From positions 128,001 to 192,000 of the forward strand of contig CAVZMH010000015.1 of the NCBI GenBank assembly GCA_963776345.1: a stretch of DNA of 64,000 bases, given 5' to 3'. Positions 39,189 through 48,557 of the stretch are shown in pieces. Under the pieces are notes generated by a model that did not search any database, was not told the DNA's origin, and saw only the letters and a program-made list of their open reading frames with translations. Numbering within the stretch: position 1 is the first letter of the stretch; the number at the start of each line of letters is the position of its first letter. The stretch is from an uncultured delta proteobacterium (GTDB lineage: Bacteria; Myxococcota; Myxococcia; Myxococcales; Myxococcaceae). The position numbers and the translations under genes were made by a program.

Positions 39189-40367
39189 CTAGCCGTACAG
39201 CAGATGAGGCGCCCGCCGTTCCAGGTAGGCTGCCTCCGCGCCGTCCAGCAGCCGGGCCACCTCCTCGAACTCCGCCCCGGCCTCCAGCGCCTGCCGCACC
39301 CGACCATTGCCGCACAGGAGATCGAACGCCGGTACGTCGGTCACGAACTCGTACGCCTCGGCCCGCCACTGGAAGCCGGAGCCGCCCTGCCGGCGCGCCT
39401 CGGCCACCACCGCCAGCCCCGTCCTCACCGAGGGAAAGACCGCCGGGTCCACCACGTGGAGGAACGCACCGGCGCAGCCCACGCCCCGGTGCTTGTCCCA
39501 GGTGGGGACGAAGTGCACCGGCCGCACCCGGAGGCCCGGGAGCGCATGCCGCTCCAGCGCCTCGGCGATGGCCTGCGCGTCGAGGTACGGCGCCCCGAAC
39601 TGCTCGAAGGGCCGGCAGGTGCCCCGGCCCTCCGAGACGTTGGTGCCCTCGAGGAGGCACATCCCGGGGTAGACCTGCGCCGTGTCCGGGGTGGGCATGT
39701 TCGGCGACGGAGGGATGAAGGGGAGCCCCGTGTCGGCCCAGCGCATCCGGCGTGACCAGCCCAGGCACGGCACCACGGCCAGGTCGCACCCGAAGCGCTC
39801 CTCGGCGTTGAGCATCCGCGCCAGCTCGCCGAGCGTCATGCCGTGCCGGTTGGGGAGCGGGTACAGCCCGACGAAGCTCCGGAACCCGGGCTCGACCAGG
39901 TTCCCCTCCACCCGCTCCCCACCGAGCGGATTCGGCCGGTCCAGCACCACGAAGCGCACGCTGGCCTTCGCGCACGCCTCCATCGCCAGGGCGAGCGTGT
40001 AGACGTACGTGTAGTAGCGCGCGCCGACGTCCTGGATGTCGAACACCACCACGTCGAGCCCGGCGAGCCACTCGGGCCGCGGCCGCAGCGACTCCGCCGT
40101 GCTCCCGTAGAGCGAGTGCACCGCCACGCCGGTGCGCGGATCTCGCGCCTCCCCCACCGCCTCCATGTACTGGACCTCGCCGCGCACCCCATGCTCGGGG
40201 CCGAAGAGCGCGGCCAGCGTCACGCCCGGCGCGGCCCGGAGGAGATCGGCGAGGTGACGGAAGCGGCCGTCCACGCTCGTCGGATTGACGATGGCGCCCA
40301 CCCGGAGCCCCCGCAGCGCGCGGAACTGCTCCGCCTCCCAGACGTCCAGCCCGGTCCTGACCCGCAT
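39189..40367 (-). CDS. namZ: Exo-beta-N-acetylmuramidase NamZ (DUF1343)
   Basis: FGPEHG, SLYG, DIQDVGARYYTY, LDRPNP, RHGMTLGELA, PSPNMP, SEGRGT.RPFE. Confidence 0.92.
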   Translation of the reverse strand: MRVRTGLDVWEAEQFRALRGLRVGAIVNPTSVDGRFRHLADLLRAAPGVTLAALFGPEHGVRGEVQYMEAVGEARDPRTGVAVHSLYGSTAESLRPRPEWLAGLDVVVFDIQDVGARYYTYVYTLALAMEACAKASVRFVVLDRPNPLGGERVEGNLVEPGFRSFVGLYPLPNRHGMTLGELARMLNAEERFGCDLAVVPCLGWSRRMRWADTGLPFIPPSPNMPTPDTAQVYPGMCLLEGTNVSEGRGTCRPFEQFGAPYLDAQAIAEALERHALPGLRVRPVHFVPTWDKHRGVGCAGAFLHVVDPAVFPSVRTGLAVVAEARRQGGSGFQWRAEAYEFVTDVPAFDLLCGNGRVRQALEAGAEFEEVARLLDGAEAAYLERRAPHLLYG

Positions 40368-40399
40368 CGCGGCCCAGCGTACCCCGGCCGCGCCAGGGC

Positions 40400-41083
40400 T
40401 CAACGGCGAGAGGCGTTCAGCGAGCGCATCGCCTTCTTCTGGGGCTCGAGCGATCTGAGGAGCGCGCTGGCCTGCTTCGACCGGCCCGTCCGGCCGTAGA
40501 AGTCGGCCAGGGCCCGGGTCACCACCGCGTTCTTCGGCTGCGCCTGGTGCACCGCGGTCAGCGTCCGCTCCGCCTGGGCGGCCTGCCCGGATTTCTCCTG
40601 GACGCTGGCCAGCTGGAGCTTGAGCCCGGTGTCCCCGTCGCCGGTGGAGATGAGGTACCGGAGCTCCTTCTCCGCCTCGGGCCAGTCCCCCGCCCGCTGG
40701 GCGAGCGCCGCCAGCCGCTGGTGTGCGTCGACGTAGTCGCTCCGGAGCGCGATGGCCCTCCGCTGCGCCTCGCGCGCGCCCGCGATGTCGCCCCGCTCCT
40801 CCTCCAGCACGCCCCAGAGGTGCACCGCCCTCGGGTTGTCCGGCGCGAGCGCGTAGGCCCAGCGGAGGTGCCAGTCCACCGTCTCCAGCGACTTGCCGAG
40901 CTTGAGACCCAGCCGCGCCGATTCCAGGTGGCCGTAGGGGGAGCGCGGCTCGCTCTGGGCCCACCACTCGGCCCAGGCCAGCGCGCCCACATCGTCGCCC
41001 CCGGCCTCGTGCGCGGCGATCTGCTCCAGCGGCGTCGAGCCCAGCAGGACCCCCACCAGCACCACCGCGGTCGCCGCCATCAT
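40400..41083 (-). CDS. Exported tetratricopeptide-repeat protein
   Basis: Hydrophobic N-terminus; AYALAPDN, AIALRSDY, LADFYGRTG TPR-like repeats. Confidence 0.75.
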   Translation of the reverse strand: MMAATAVVLVGVLLGSTPLEQIAAHEAGGDDVGALAWAEWWAQSEPRSPYGHLESARLGLKLGKSLETVDWHLRWAYALAPDNPRAVHLWGVLEEERGDIAGAREAQRRAIALRSDYVDAHQRLAALAQRAGDWPEAEKELRYLISTGDGDTGLKLQLASVQEKSGQAAQAERTLTAVHQAQPKNAVVTRALADFYGRTGRSKQASALLRSLEPQKKAMRSLNASRR

Positions 41084-41094
41084 CTCGGCCCAGG

Positions 41095-41124
41095 ATGGTA
41101 CCGAAGCGAGTGCCGGGCCCTCAA
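41095..41124 (-). promoter_or_regulatory. Sigma70-type promoter of the TPR gene
   Basis: TTGAGG-N18-TACCAT, ending 11 nt before the ATG at 41083. Confidence 0.45.
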
Positions 41125-41169
41125 CCCGCTTGACCAGACCACCCGCGCCGCAACAGAACGCTCCGCGCC

Positions 41170-43575
41170 GTGCACTTCTCCCCGCGCACACTGGAGGACC
41201 TCGCCTTTCCCGAGGTCCTGGCCGCCCTCGGCCACCGCTGCCGGACGGCGGCGGGGCGGAGCCGTGCGCTGGCCCGTTCGTTCCTCGACGACGCCTCCGC
41301 CATCCGCGAAGCGCTCGCCCGGCTGGACGAGGCGCGTGCCCTCCTCCAGGCGCAGGTCAGCCTCCCGCTGGGCGGGGTGGCCGACATCCGCGGGTCGGTC
41401 GAGCGGGCCGAGAAGGGCGGGCTGCTCGAGCCCCGCGAGCTGACCGCCTGCGCCCAGACGCTCTTCGCCTTCAGCCGGACCCGCGAGGGCCTGGCGGAGC
41501 GCTCGGGGACCGCGCCGCGGCTGGCCTTCGTGGGCCAGCGCCTGCCCGACCTCGAGAAGCTGGCGGTGCGCATCGACCGGTGCTTCGAGGCCGACGGGGA
41601 GATCTCCGAGCGCGCCAGCCCGGCGCTGAAGGAGGCCCGCGACCGCATCCGAGGCCTCCACCGGGCGATCAAGTCGCGGCTGGACGGGCTCCTCCACGAC
41701 GAGCGCTTCCTGCTTCACCTGCGCGAGAACTACTACACGCTCCGGAACAACCGGTACGTGGTCCCGGTGCTGGCTCAGGCGCGCGCCGAGGTGCCGGGCA
41801 TCGTCCACAACGCGAGCCAGTCGGGCCAGACGCTGTTCGTGGAGCCCGAGGGGCTGGTGGGCATCGGCAACGACCTGGCCATCGCCCAGTCGGTGGCGCT
41901 GGAGGAGGAGCGCCGGGTGCTCCAGGAGCTCTCGGACGCCGTCGGCCGGGACTCCGCGCGCATCCTCGAGGGGGTCGACGCTGCGGCCGAGCTCGACGAG
42001 GCCGAGGCCGCGGCCCAGCTGGGGGCGGACCTCGACGCCTCCACCCCGGTCGTCGAGGACGCCGACGGACCGCTGGTGCTGCTCCAGCTCCGTCACCCCT
42101 TGCTGGTGCTCCGCGGCCGGGAGGTGGTGGCCAACGACGTCCGGATCTCCGAGGAGGTGCGGGCGCTGGTCGTCTCCGGCCCGAACGCCGGCGGCAAGAC
42201 CGTCACCCTCACCGCGGTGGGCCTGTGCGCCGTCCTGCTCCGGGCCGGCCTGCAGATCCCCGCGGCGCCCGGCTCGCAGCTCCCGCTCTTCACCTCGGTG
42301 CACTCGGCGGTGGGCGATGCGCAGGACCTCGCCCAGGACCTGTCGACCTTCAGCGCGCATGTCCAGGAGCTGAAGCGCATCCTCGAGGGCACGGGGCCTG
42401 GCGCACTGGCGCTGATCGACGAGATCGCCGCCGACACCGACCCGCGCGAGGGCGCGGCGCTCGCCATCGCGGTGCTCGAGGAGCTCATCGGGCGCGGGGC
42501 CCGGGTGCTGGTCACCACCCACCTCGAGGAGCTGAAGGCGCTCACCCACGTGGACCGCCGGTTCCTGAACGCCCGGGTGGGGTTCGACAGCAAGCGCATG
42601 GCGCCGACGTACAAGCTCCAGCTCGGAGCGGCCGGGACGTCGTCCGCGCTCGACCTCGCCTCGCGCATGGGGCTCGCCCCCCACGTGGTCGACCGGGCGC
42701 GGGAGCTGGTGCGCAGCGCGGGAGGTCCCCTGGCCCAGGCGCTGGCGGCCGCGGAGGAGGAGCGGAGAGCCCTGTCCGGGGAGCTGGAGCGCGCACGGGC
42801 GGCCTCCACGGCCGCGGAGGCGAGCGCGCGAGCCCTGGCCGCCGAGCGGGCGGAGTTCGCCGAGCAGCGCCGGGCCGAGGAGTCCACGCACGCCGAGCGC
42901 CTCCGCACCGAGTCGGAGCGAGCGCTGGCCGAGGTGTCGGCCCTGCTCGCTGGCCTCCGGCAGCAGGTCTCGGTCGAGCGGGCGGAGGCGGCGCGCGCGG
43001 CCCTCGCGGCACAGGCCGAGGCCCTCCGGGCCCGTGCCGAGGCGCTCTCGCGGGAGAGCGGCCGGGCGACGCTCGCGCCGGTTCCGGAGACGCTCCGGGT
43101 GGGCGATGCGGTGCACCACGTCGGCCTCCGCCGGGACGTGACGGTGCTCGAGCTCGCGGGGGACGAGGTCCTCGTCTCCGCCGGGGCGCTCAAGATGCGG
43201 GTGCCGCGGGGCGAGCTGGCGGGCGCGCGGGAGGAACGACCGGCACGCCGGTTTCCCTCGAGCGACCGCGGCAAGGCCTCGCTCGCACGCGCCACCGAGG
43301 CCGCACCGGGCGCCCTGGAGGCCCCGGCGCTGCGGGTGGACGTGCGCGGCCTCCGGGCCGACGAGGCGGTGCGCGAGGTGGAGACCTTCCTCGACCAGGC
43401 GTTCCGCAACGGCGACCCCGGGGTGCTGGTGCTCCACGGACACGGGACGGGCGCGCTGAAGCAGGCCGTCCGCGACTACCTGGAGGAGTCACCCTACGTG
43501 CGGATGTACCGCCCCGGCGAGAGCCACGAGGGCGGCGACGGGGTGACGGTGGTAGGGCTCCGGGTCGACGAATGA
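41170..43575 (+). CDS. mutS2: Endonuclease MutS2
   Basis: SGPNAGGKT, LSTFSAH, LIDE...TDPREG, TTH, coiled coil, KOW-like segment, Smr domain LHGHGTGAL...GGDGVT. Confidence 0.96.
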   Translation: MHFSPRTLEDLAFPEVLAALGHRCRTAAGRSRALARSFLDDASAIREALARLDEARALLQAQVSLPLGGVADIRGSVERAEKGGLLEPRELTACAQTLFAFSRTREGLAERSGTAPRLAFVGQRLPDLEKLAVRIDRCFEADGEISERASPALKEARDRIRGLHRAIKSRLDGLLHDERFLLHLRENYYTLRNNRYVVPVLAQARAEVPGIVHNASQSGQTLFVEPEGLVGIGNDLAIAQSVALEEERRVLQELSDAVGRDSARILEGVDAAAELDEAEAAAQLGADLDASTPVVEDADGPLVLLQLRHPLLVLRGREVVANDVRISEEVRALVVSGPNAGGKTVTLTAVGLCAVLLRAGLQIPAAPGSQLPLFTSVHSAVGDAQDLAQDLSTFSAHVQELKRILEGTGPGALALIDEIAADTDPREGAALAIAVLEELIGRGARVLVTTHLEELKALTHVDRRFLNARVGFDSKRMAPTYKLQLGAAGTSSALDLASRMGLAPHVVDRARELVRSAGGPLAQALAAAEEERRALSGELERARAASTAAEASARALAAERAEFAEQRRAEESTHAERLRTESERALAEVSALLAGLRQQVSVERAEAARAALAAQAEALRARAEALSRESGRATLAPVPETLRVGDAVHHVGLRRDVTVLELAGDEVLVSAGALKMRVPRGELAGAREERPARRFPSSDRGKASLARATEAAPGALEAPALRVDVRGLRADEAVREVETFLDQAFRNGDPGVLVLHGHGTGALKQAVRDYLEESPYVRMYRPGESHEGGDGVTVVGLRVDE

Positions 43576-44415
43576 GCCTCGCGCGCCCTCGCCACCTCGC
43601 CGCCTCGGCACTCGCGCTCGCCGGCTGCGGGTACACCGGGAAGTCCATCGACGCCCACGCCCACTTCGAGTCCGGTCCCGCGGCGGGGCGCATCCAGCCG
43701 AACGTCTCGGGCCGCCCGGACGTGCTGCTCGGGGACATGGACCGCGCGGGCGTGGATCGGGCGGTGCTCCTGGTGGTCCCGCCGAGCCCGGACCTCGCCG
43801 CGGTGCGCGAGCTGCACGACCGGGTGGCCGCCCTGCTCAGAGCGCATCCGGGGCGCTTCCTCGCCGTCGGCGCGGTACAGCCGTCGGACGGCGAGCCGGG
43901 GCTCCGGGAGCTGGAGCGGATCGCCGCGCTCGGCTACCGCGGGGTGAAGCTGTCTCCCTCGAAGCTGGAGCTCGAGACACGCCCGAGGTGCAGGCCTTCG
44001 TCGCCCGGGCCACCGCGCTCAAGCTCGTGGTCTACATCGAGGGGTGGTGGCCGGGAGCGGCGCACCAGACGGGGAAGCTCGCCCTCGCCTTCCCCCAGGG
44101 CCGCTTCGTGCTGACCCACATGGGCGGCATCCGGTTCGACGACGTGCTGGTGTTCCGGCTGCTCGAGCTGTACCCGTTCTACCCGCGAAACGTGTGGTTC
44201 GACCTGTCGGCGGTCGCGCCGCTGTTGTCGACTCTCCGTACGCGGCGCAGCTCCGCTTCGTCTGTCGTTCGGTGGGCACGGACCGGGTCCTCTTCGGGTC
44301 GGACTTCCCGCTCACCGGGCTCGACGCCGCGCTTCGCGCAGTCCGCCGGCTCGGGTTCACCCGCCAGGAGGAGCAGGCCATCCTCCACGACAACGCCGAG
44401 GCGCTCTTCCGCTGA
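43572..44415 (+). pseudogene. Amidohydrolase_2-type lipoprotein interrupted by two indels (pseudogene or assembly error)
   Basis: LAGC lipobox, IDAHAH, GVKL; frame change near 43978 (CTC GA GAC ACG), then LTHMGG, WFDLS; second frame change near 44228, then VLFGSDFP...ILHDNA. Confidence 0.75.
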
Positions 44416-44447
44416 GCCGTCCTGCCGCCGGACGAGGGGGATGGACG

Positions 44448-47162
44448 TCAGCGGCGGCGGTGCTGGTTCCGGCCGGATCCAGAGCCGCCCCGTCGAGCGC
44501 CACCAGACCCCCGCTGGCCTCGGCCCTCGTCGCGAGGCCCGTTCGGGGCCCGTCCGCCCGGAACCCGTCCGCCCTGCCCCGACCCGGCGCGGGAGCCGCT
44601 CTTGCGCTGCTGCCCGGCGAGGGCCCGGAGGCGGTCGAACCCGGGATGCGCCGCGCCGGACGGCTGCGGAGCGTCACCCGCGGACCGCTCCGCGGGTCGC
44701 GCTTCATGGGCCTCGTGGCGCTTGCCCTGCTGCCGGCCGGCCTGGGTCGACGGGCGTTCGGGGCTCCTCGGCCCGCCGGGGCGCTGCGCCTGGGCTCCGC
44801 GCCGCCTCTCCCCGGGCTGCCGCGGTCCCTGGACGTGCTGCCCGCGCCGCTCCTCACCGGCGCGCTTCGCGGGCTGCTCGCGGTGCTTCCGCTCGGGCTC
44901 CTCGGGGTGCTTCCGCTCGGGCTGCCCTCCTTGCCCGCCGCGCTTCCGCTCCGGCCGCTCGACCTCCACCCGCTCGGAGCCCCCGCGGTGGCGCGAGGGC
45001 CGCTCTCCGGCGAACGCCACCACGTCGAAGTCCATCTGCCGCCGCTGGACGTTCACTCCCGCCAGCCGCACGGTGAGCGCCTGGCCCACCTGCACCCGCC
45101 GCCCGGTGGGCCAGACCAGCGCCCCGACCACCAGCTTGTGGCCCGGCCCGAGGTCGTCGGCCCGGACCAGCCCCTCGACGTGCTCGGTGTCCAGCTCGAC
45201 GAAGAGCCCGAAGTCGGTGATCGAGGCCACGGTGGCCGCGAACTCCTCGCCCACCCGGTCCTCCATCAGCAGGCACGCGTACAGCGCGTTCACCTCGCGC
45301 TCGCATTTCATCGCCGCCCGCTCGCGCTCGGAGCTGTGCCCGGCCATCCGCCGGAGCTCGTCCAGCTCCAGGTCCAGCTCGCCTCCGGGCCGCTGGCGGC
45401 GACCGCGCTCCCACTCCGCCCGGAGCAGCCGGTGCACCAGGAGATCAGGGTAACGGCGAATCGGCGAGGTGAAGTGCAGGTACTCCTCCGCGCCCAGGCC
45501 GTAGTGGCCCACCTGGTCCGGCGAGTACACCGCCTGCATCATCGACCGGAGCAGGAGCTGGTTGAGCGCGCGCTGGCCGGGATGCCCCACCAGCCCGCGC
45601 ATGAAGAGGTTCAGCTCGCGGGAGGTGGGCTCGCCCTTGCCGGGCACGGCCAGGCCGTGGGCCCGCGCCAGCTCGCTGAACGCGGCCAGCTTGTCCGGAT
45701 CGGGCTCGCCGTGGAACCGGTACACCGAGGGCAGCCCCCGCTCCTGGAAGTACGCCGCCACCGCCTCGTTGGCGGCGAGCATGCAGTCCTCGACGATGCG
45801 GTGGCTCTCCTTGCGCTCCCGCCGCACCATCCGCACCGGCCGGCCGGACTCGTCCAGCTGGGGACGGGTCTCCGGGAGGTCGAAGTCGATCGCCCCCCGC
45901 TGCTCGCGCACCGTGCGGAGGGTGCGCCCGAGCCGCTGCAGCCGCTCGAACAGCGGCCGGAAGCGGTCGCGGTCCGGCACCGGCTCCCCGTCCAGCACCC
46001 GCTGCACCTCCTCGTAGGTGCAGCGCGCCGCGCTCCGCATCACCGCGGGGTAGATCTCGGTCCCGGTCCGGCGGCCCTCGCGGTCGAAGGCCATCTCCGC
46101 CACCAGGCAGAGCCGGTCCTCGTCGGGACGGAGCGAGCAGATGCCGTTGGACAGGCGCTCGGGGAGCATGGGTAGCACCCGCTCCGGCAGGTAGACCGAG
46201 GTACCGCGGCGGAGGGCCTCGGTGTCCAGCGCCGAGCCGGGCCGGACATAGTGGCTCACGTCGGCGATGGCCACCCACAGCCGGGTCGCTCCCCCGGGCT
46301 GATCCTCGGCGTAGACCGCGTCGTCGAAGTCCCGGGCGTCCACCCCGTCGATGGTCACCAGCGACAGAGCGCGGAGATCCCGGCGCCCCCCCTCGTGCAG
46401 CTCGGTCGCCGGCACGTGCAGTGGCACCCGGTCCGCGTGGTCCATCACCTCGGGCGGGAACGCCTCGGAGAAGCCCTGGCCGAAGACGATGGCCAGCACA
46501 TCCTGCGACGGGTCTCCGGGACGGCCGAGCGAACCGGTCACCTCGCCGACCAGACCGCCCGGCGGCAGGAGATCCGCCCCCACGCCCAGCCGCACCGTCA
46601 CCACGTCGCCGTCACGGGCCAGCTGGGTCCGCGGCACGCGCACCGGCCCGGGCAGCGAGGGATCGTTCGGACGGACCAGCGCCTCGTTCCCGCCGCGCTC
46701 GACGTACGTCCCCACCAGCGCCTCGCGCTGCCGGCCGATGACCCCGACGATGCGCCCCTCGGAGCGCCCGCGCGCCGTGACCAGCTCCACCTTCACCCGG
46801 TCGCCGTCCAGGGCGCGCCGCGCCTCGTGCGGCGGGACGAAGATGTCCTCCTCGGCGCCCACGTCCACGAAGCCGAAGCCGTCGCGGTGCACGCTGAGCG
46901 TGCCCTCGAGCGGCTGTCGCCCGCGTGCGGCAGGCCCGGGGCGCTGACCCTCGCGGGCCGCGGGGCGACGGCCGGGAATCGAGAACCGCTCGCCGGACCG
47001 CTCCACGCGGCCCTCCTTCACCAGCGCCCGCATCAGCCGCTTCACCTCGGTGCGCTGCCCTCCGTGCACGCCGGAGGCGCGGAGCAGCTCCGCCACTCCC
47101 AGCGGCTGGGCGGCCTTCTCCAGGGTCCTGAGGAGGACCGAGCTGTCGACCCGAGCTGTCAT
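44448..47162 (-). CDS. rnr: Ribonuclease R
   Basis: HRDGFGFV, TIDGVDARDFDDA, AIADVSHYV, RGTSVYLP, HFTSPIRRYPDL, S1 domain, basic tail. Confidence 0.96.
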   Translation of the reverse strand: MTARVDSSVLLRTLEKAAQPLGVAELLRASGVHGGQRTEVKRLMRALVKEGRVERSGERFSIPGRRPAAREGQRPGPAARGRQPLEGTLSVHRDGFGFVDVGAEEDIFVPPHEARRALDGDRVKVELVTARGRSEGRIVGVIGRQREALVGTYVERGGNEALVRPNDPSLPGPVRVPRTQLARDGDVVTVRLGVGADLLPPGGLVGEVTGSLGRPGDPSQDVLAIVFGQGFSEAFPPEVMDHADRVPLHVPATELHEGGRRDLRALSLVTIDGVDARDFDDAVYAEDQPGGATRLWVAIADVSHYVRPGSALDTEALRRGTSVYLPERVLPMLPERLSNGICSLRPDEDRLCLVAEMAFDREGRRTGTEIYPAVMRSAARCTYEEVQRVLDGEPVPDRDRFRPLFERLQRLGRTLRTVREQRGAIDFDLPETRPQLDESGRPVRMVRRERKESHRIVEDCMLAANEAVAAYFQERGLPSVYRFHGEPDPDKLAAFSELARAHGLAVPGKGEPTSRELNLFMRGLVGHPGQRALNQLLLRSMMQAVYSPDQVGHYGLGAEEYLHFTSPIRRYPDLLVHRLLRAEWERGRRQRPGGELDLELDELRRMAGHSSERERAAMKCEREVNALYACLLMEDRVGEEFAATVASITDFGLFVELDTEHVEGLVRADDLGPGHKLVVGALVWPTGRRVQVGQALTVRLAGVNVQRRQMDFDVVAFAGERPSRHRGGSERVEVERPERKRGGQGGQPERKHPEEPERKHREQPAKRAGEERRGQHVQGPRQPGERRRGAQAQRPGGPRSPERPSTQAGRQQGKRHEAHEARPAERSAGDAPQPSGAAHPGFDRLRALAGQQRKSGSRAGSGQGGRVPGGRAPNGPRDEGRGQRGSGGARRGGSGSGRNQHRRR

Positions 47163-47187
47163 GAGAAACACTCCCCGGCGCCGGCGT

Positions 47188-48459
47188 TCAGGCGCGGACC
47201 GCGACGGTCAGCCGCTGCGTCTTCGACACCTGGGCCGGGGCGAACACCTTGGCCAGGAAGAAGTCCACTTCGTACTGGCCGGGATTCCGCGGGGTGAAGA
47301 AGAACTCGCGCGTGCCCGCCCCGCTCGCCGCGGCGATGAAGTTCGCCTCGCGCAGGCCGATCCGCTTGGCCACCGTGGGCTCGACCGCCCAGGTGTACCC
47401 GGCGCGCTCCGGGATGCGGACCGCGAGCCCCTGGCCGATGCGGATCTCCAGCGGCACGCCCTCGTCCGGGACGCCCTCCAGCTCCAGCATCTCGAGCGCA
47501 TCGCGCGACATGCTGCGCACGTCCGCCGGACGGAGCTCGGCGTTCTCCACCTCGATGGTGCCGCCCCAGCCGGACTCCTTGTGCACCACCCCGGTGACCT
47601 GGACCGGCTGGCCCATGTTCCTCCGGAAGCTCCTGGCCATCTTCCCGCCGAGGCGGAAGGTGACCTGCTGCCGCGTCCCGGCGTTGGAGACGACGAGGAT
47701 GAAATCCTCGCCCGACATCTCCAGCGCCCCCCGGACGCTGGCGAAGCCGCGCATCCCGGCGCCCATGCCCGCGCTGCCGATCTGCTCCACCTCTCCGGGC
47801 GAGAGGTAGCGGAGCTTCTCCGCCTGCGGCGCCTCGGTGGGCTCGGCGTCGGCCTTCTTCGCCGCGTACTTCCGGACGTCGATGGTGCCGCCGTAGTTGT
47901 GCGTCTTCTTGATCAGCCCGGTCACGCTGACCTTGTGGTCCACGTAGGCCGGCAGCACCTCCTGGTCCGGACCCTGGAGCAGGAAGACCAGCTCGCGCTT
48001 GTCCCGGCCGACGACGTGCAGGTACGGCAGGCCGTCCTTGACCACCAGCCGCCCCTTGAGGCTGCCCTCGCCCGCGACGCCGCGACCGGCGGTGGCGGTG
48101 AGGATCTGCTCCAGCTCGCGCTTGGTGAGCGGCTCGCCGACGGGCGGCAGCTTGGTGGCGCGCGGGCGCGGCTTCTCTGGCGCGCGCAGCGTGACCGGCG
48201 CGCGCAGGGTCACCGGCGCGCGCAGGGTGACCGGCGCGGAGGTGGGCTTCGCCGCCGGACGTGCAGCGGGCTTCGTCGCGCTCTTGCTGGGCTTGGGGGA
48301 CGCCGCCTTCGAGGGGGTCTTGGCCGCCGACTTCACCAGCTTGGCAGCGGCCTTGGCGACCTTGGCCGATGCCTTCTTCAGGAGCCCCAGGCGGGCCTCG
48401 TTCTTTCGTGAGCCGGGCTTTGCCGCGCCGGACTTCGTCTTGGGCTTGGGCTTCGCCAC
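47188..48459 (-). CDS. Lys/Ala-rich N-terminus + duplicated beta domain + chagasin-like (I42) C-terminal domain protein
   Basis: AKPKPKTK...KAAAKLVKSAAK; two copies of G.L...V.VTG...K....GGTI.V; C-terminal GYTW...G...F.F....PG. Confidence 0.7.
   Translation of the reverse strand: MAKPKPKTKSGAAKPGSRKNEARLGLLKKASAKVAKAAAKLVKSAAKTPSKAASPKPSKSATKPAARPAAKPTSAPVTLRAPVTLRAPVTLRAPEKPRPRATKLPPVGEPLTKRELEQILTATAGRGVAGEGSLKGRLVVKDGLPYLHVVGRDKRELVFLLQGPDQEVLPAYVDHKVSVTGLIKKTHNYGGTIDVRKYAAKKADAEPTEAPQAEKLRYLSPGEVEQIGSAGMGAGMRGFASVRGALEMSGEDFILVVSNAGTRQQVTFRLGGKMARSFRRNMGQPVQVTGVVHKESGWGGTIEVENAELRPADVRSMSRDALEMLELEGVPDEGVPLEIRIGQGLAVRIPERAGYTWAVEPTVAKRIGLREANFIAAASGAGTREFFFTPRNPGQYEVDFFLAKVFAPAQVSKTQRLTVAVRA
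48179..48238. repeat. 18-bp in-frame tandem repeat (about 3.3 units) encoding APVTLR
   Basis: GGCGCGCGCAGSGTSACC x3 plus a partial unit. Confidence 0.9.
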
Positions 48460-48474
48460 GTGGATTCTCGGGGG

Positions 48475-48503
48475 CAGATAACGCCCGGGGTTGGCGCTGT
48501 CAA
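48475..48503 (-). promoter_or_regulatory. Sigma70-type promoter for the 48459 gene (possibly also rnr)
   Basis: TTGACA-N17-TATCTG, ending 15 nt before the GTG at 48459. Confidence 0.55.
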
Positions 48504-48557
48504 CCGTAAACCCTCTGAAGAATTGAGAATTCAGTGCCGTCGCGCTACGGAGGGGCG

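Noticed and set aside
44882..44922. Short direct repeat GGTGCTTCCGCTCGGGCT in the 3' end of rnr
   Set aside because: Encodes PERKH twice in the low-complexity RNase R tail; ordinary tail variation.
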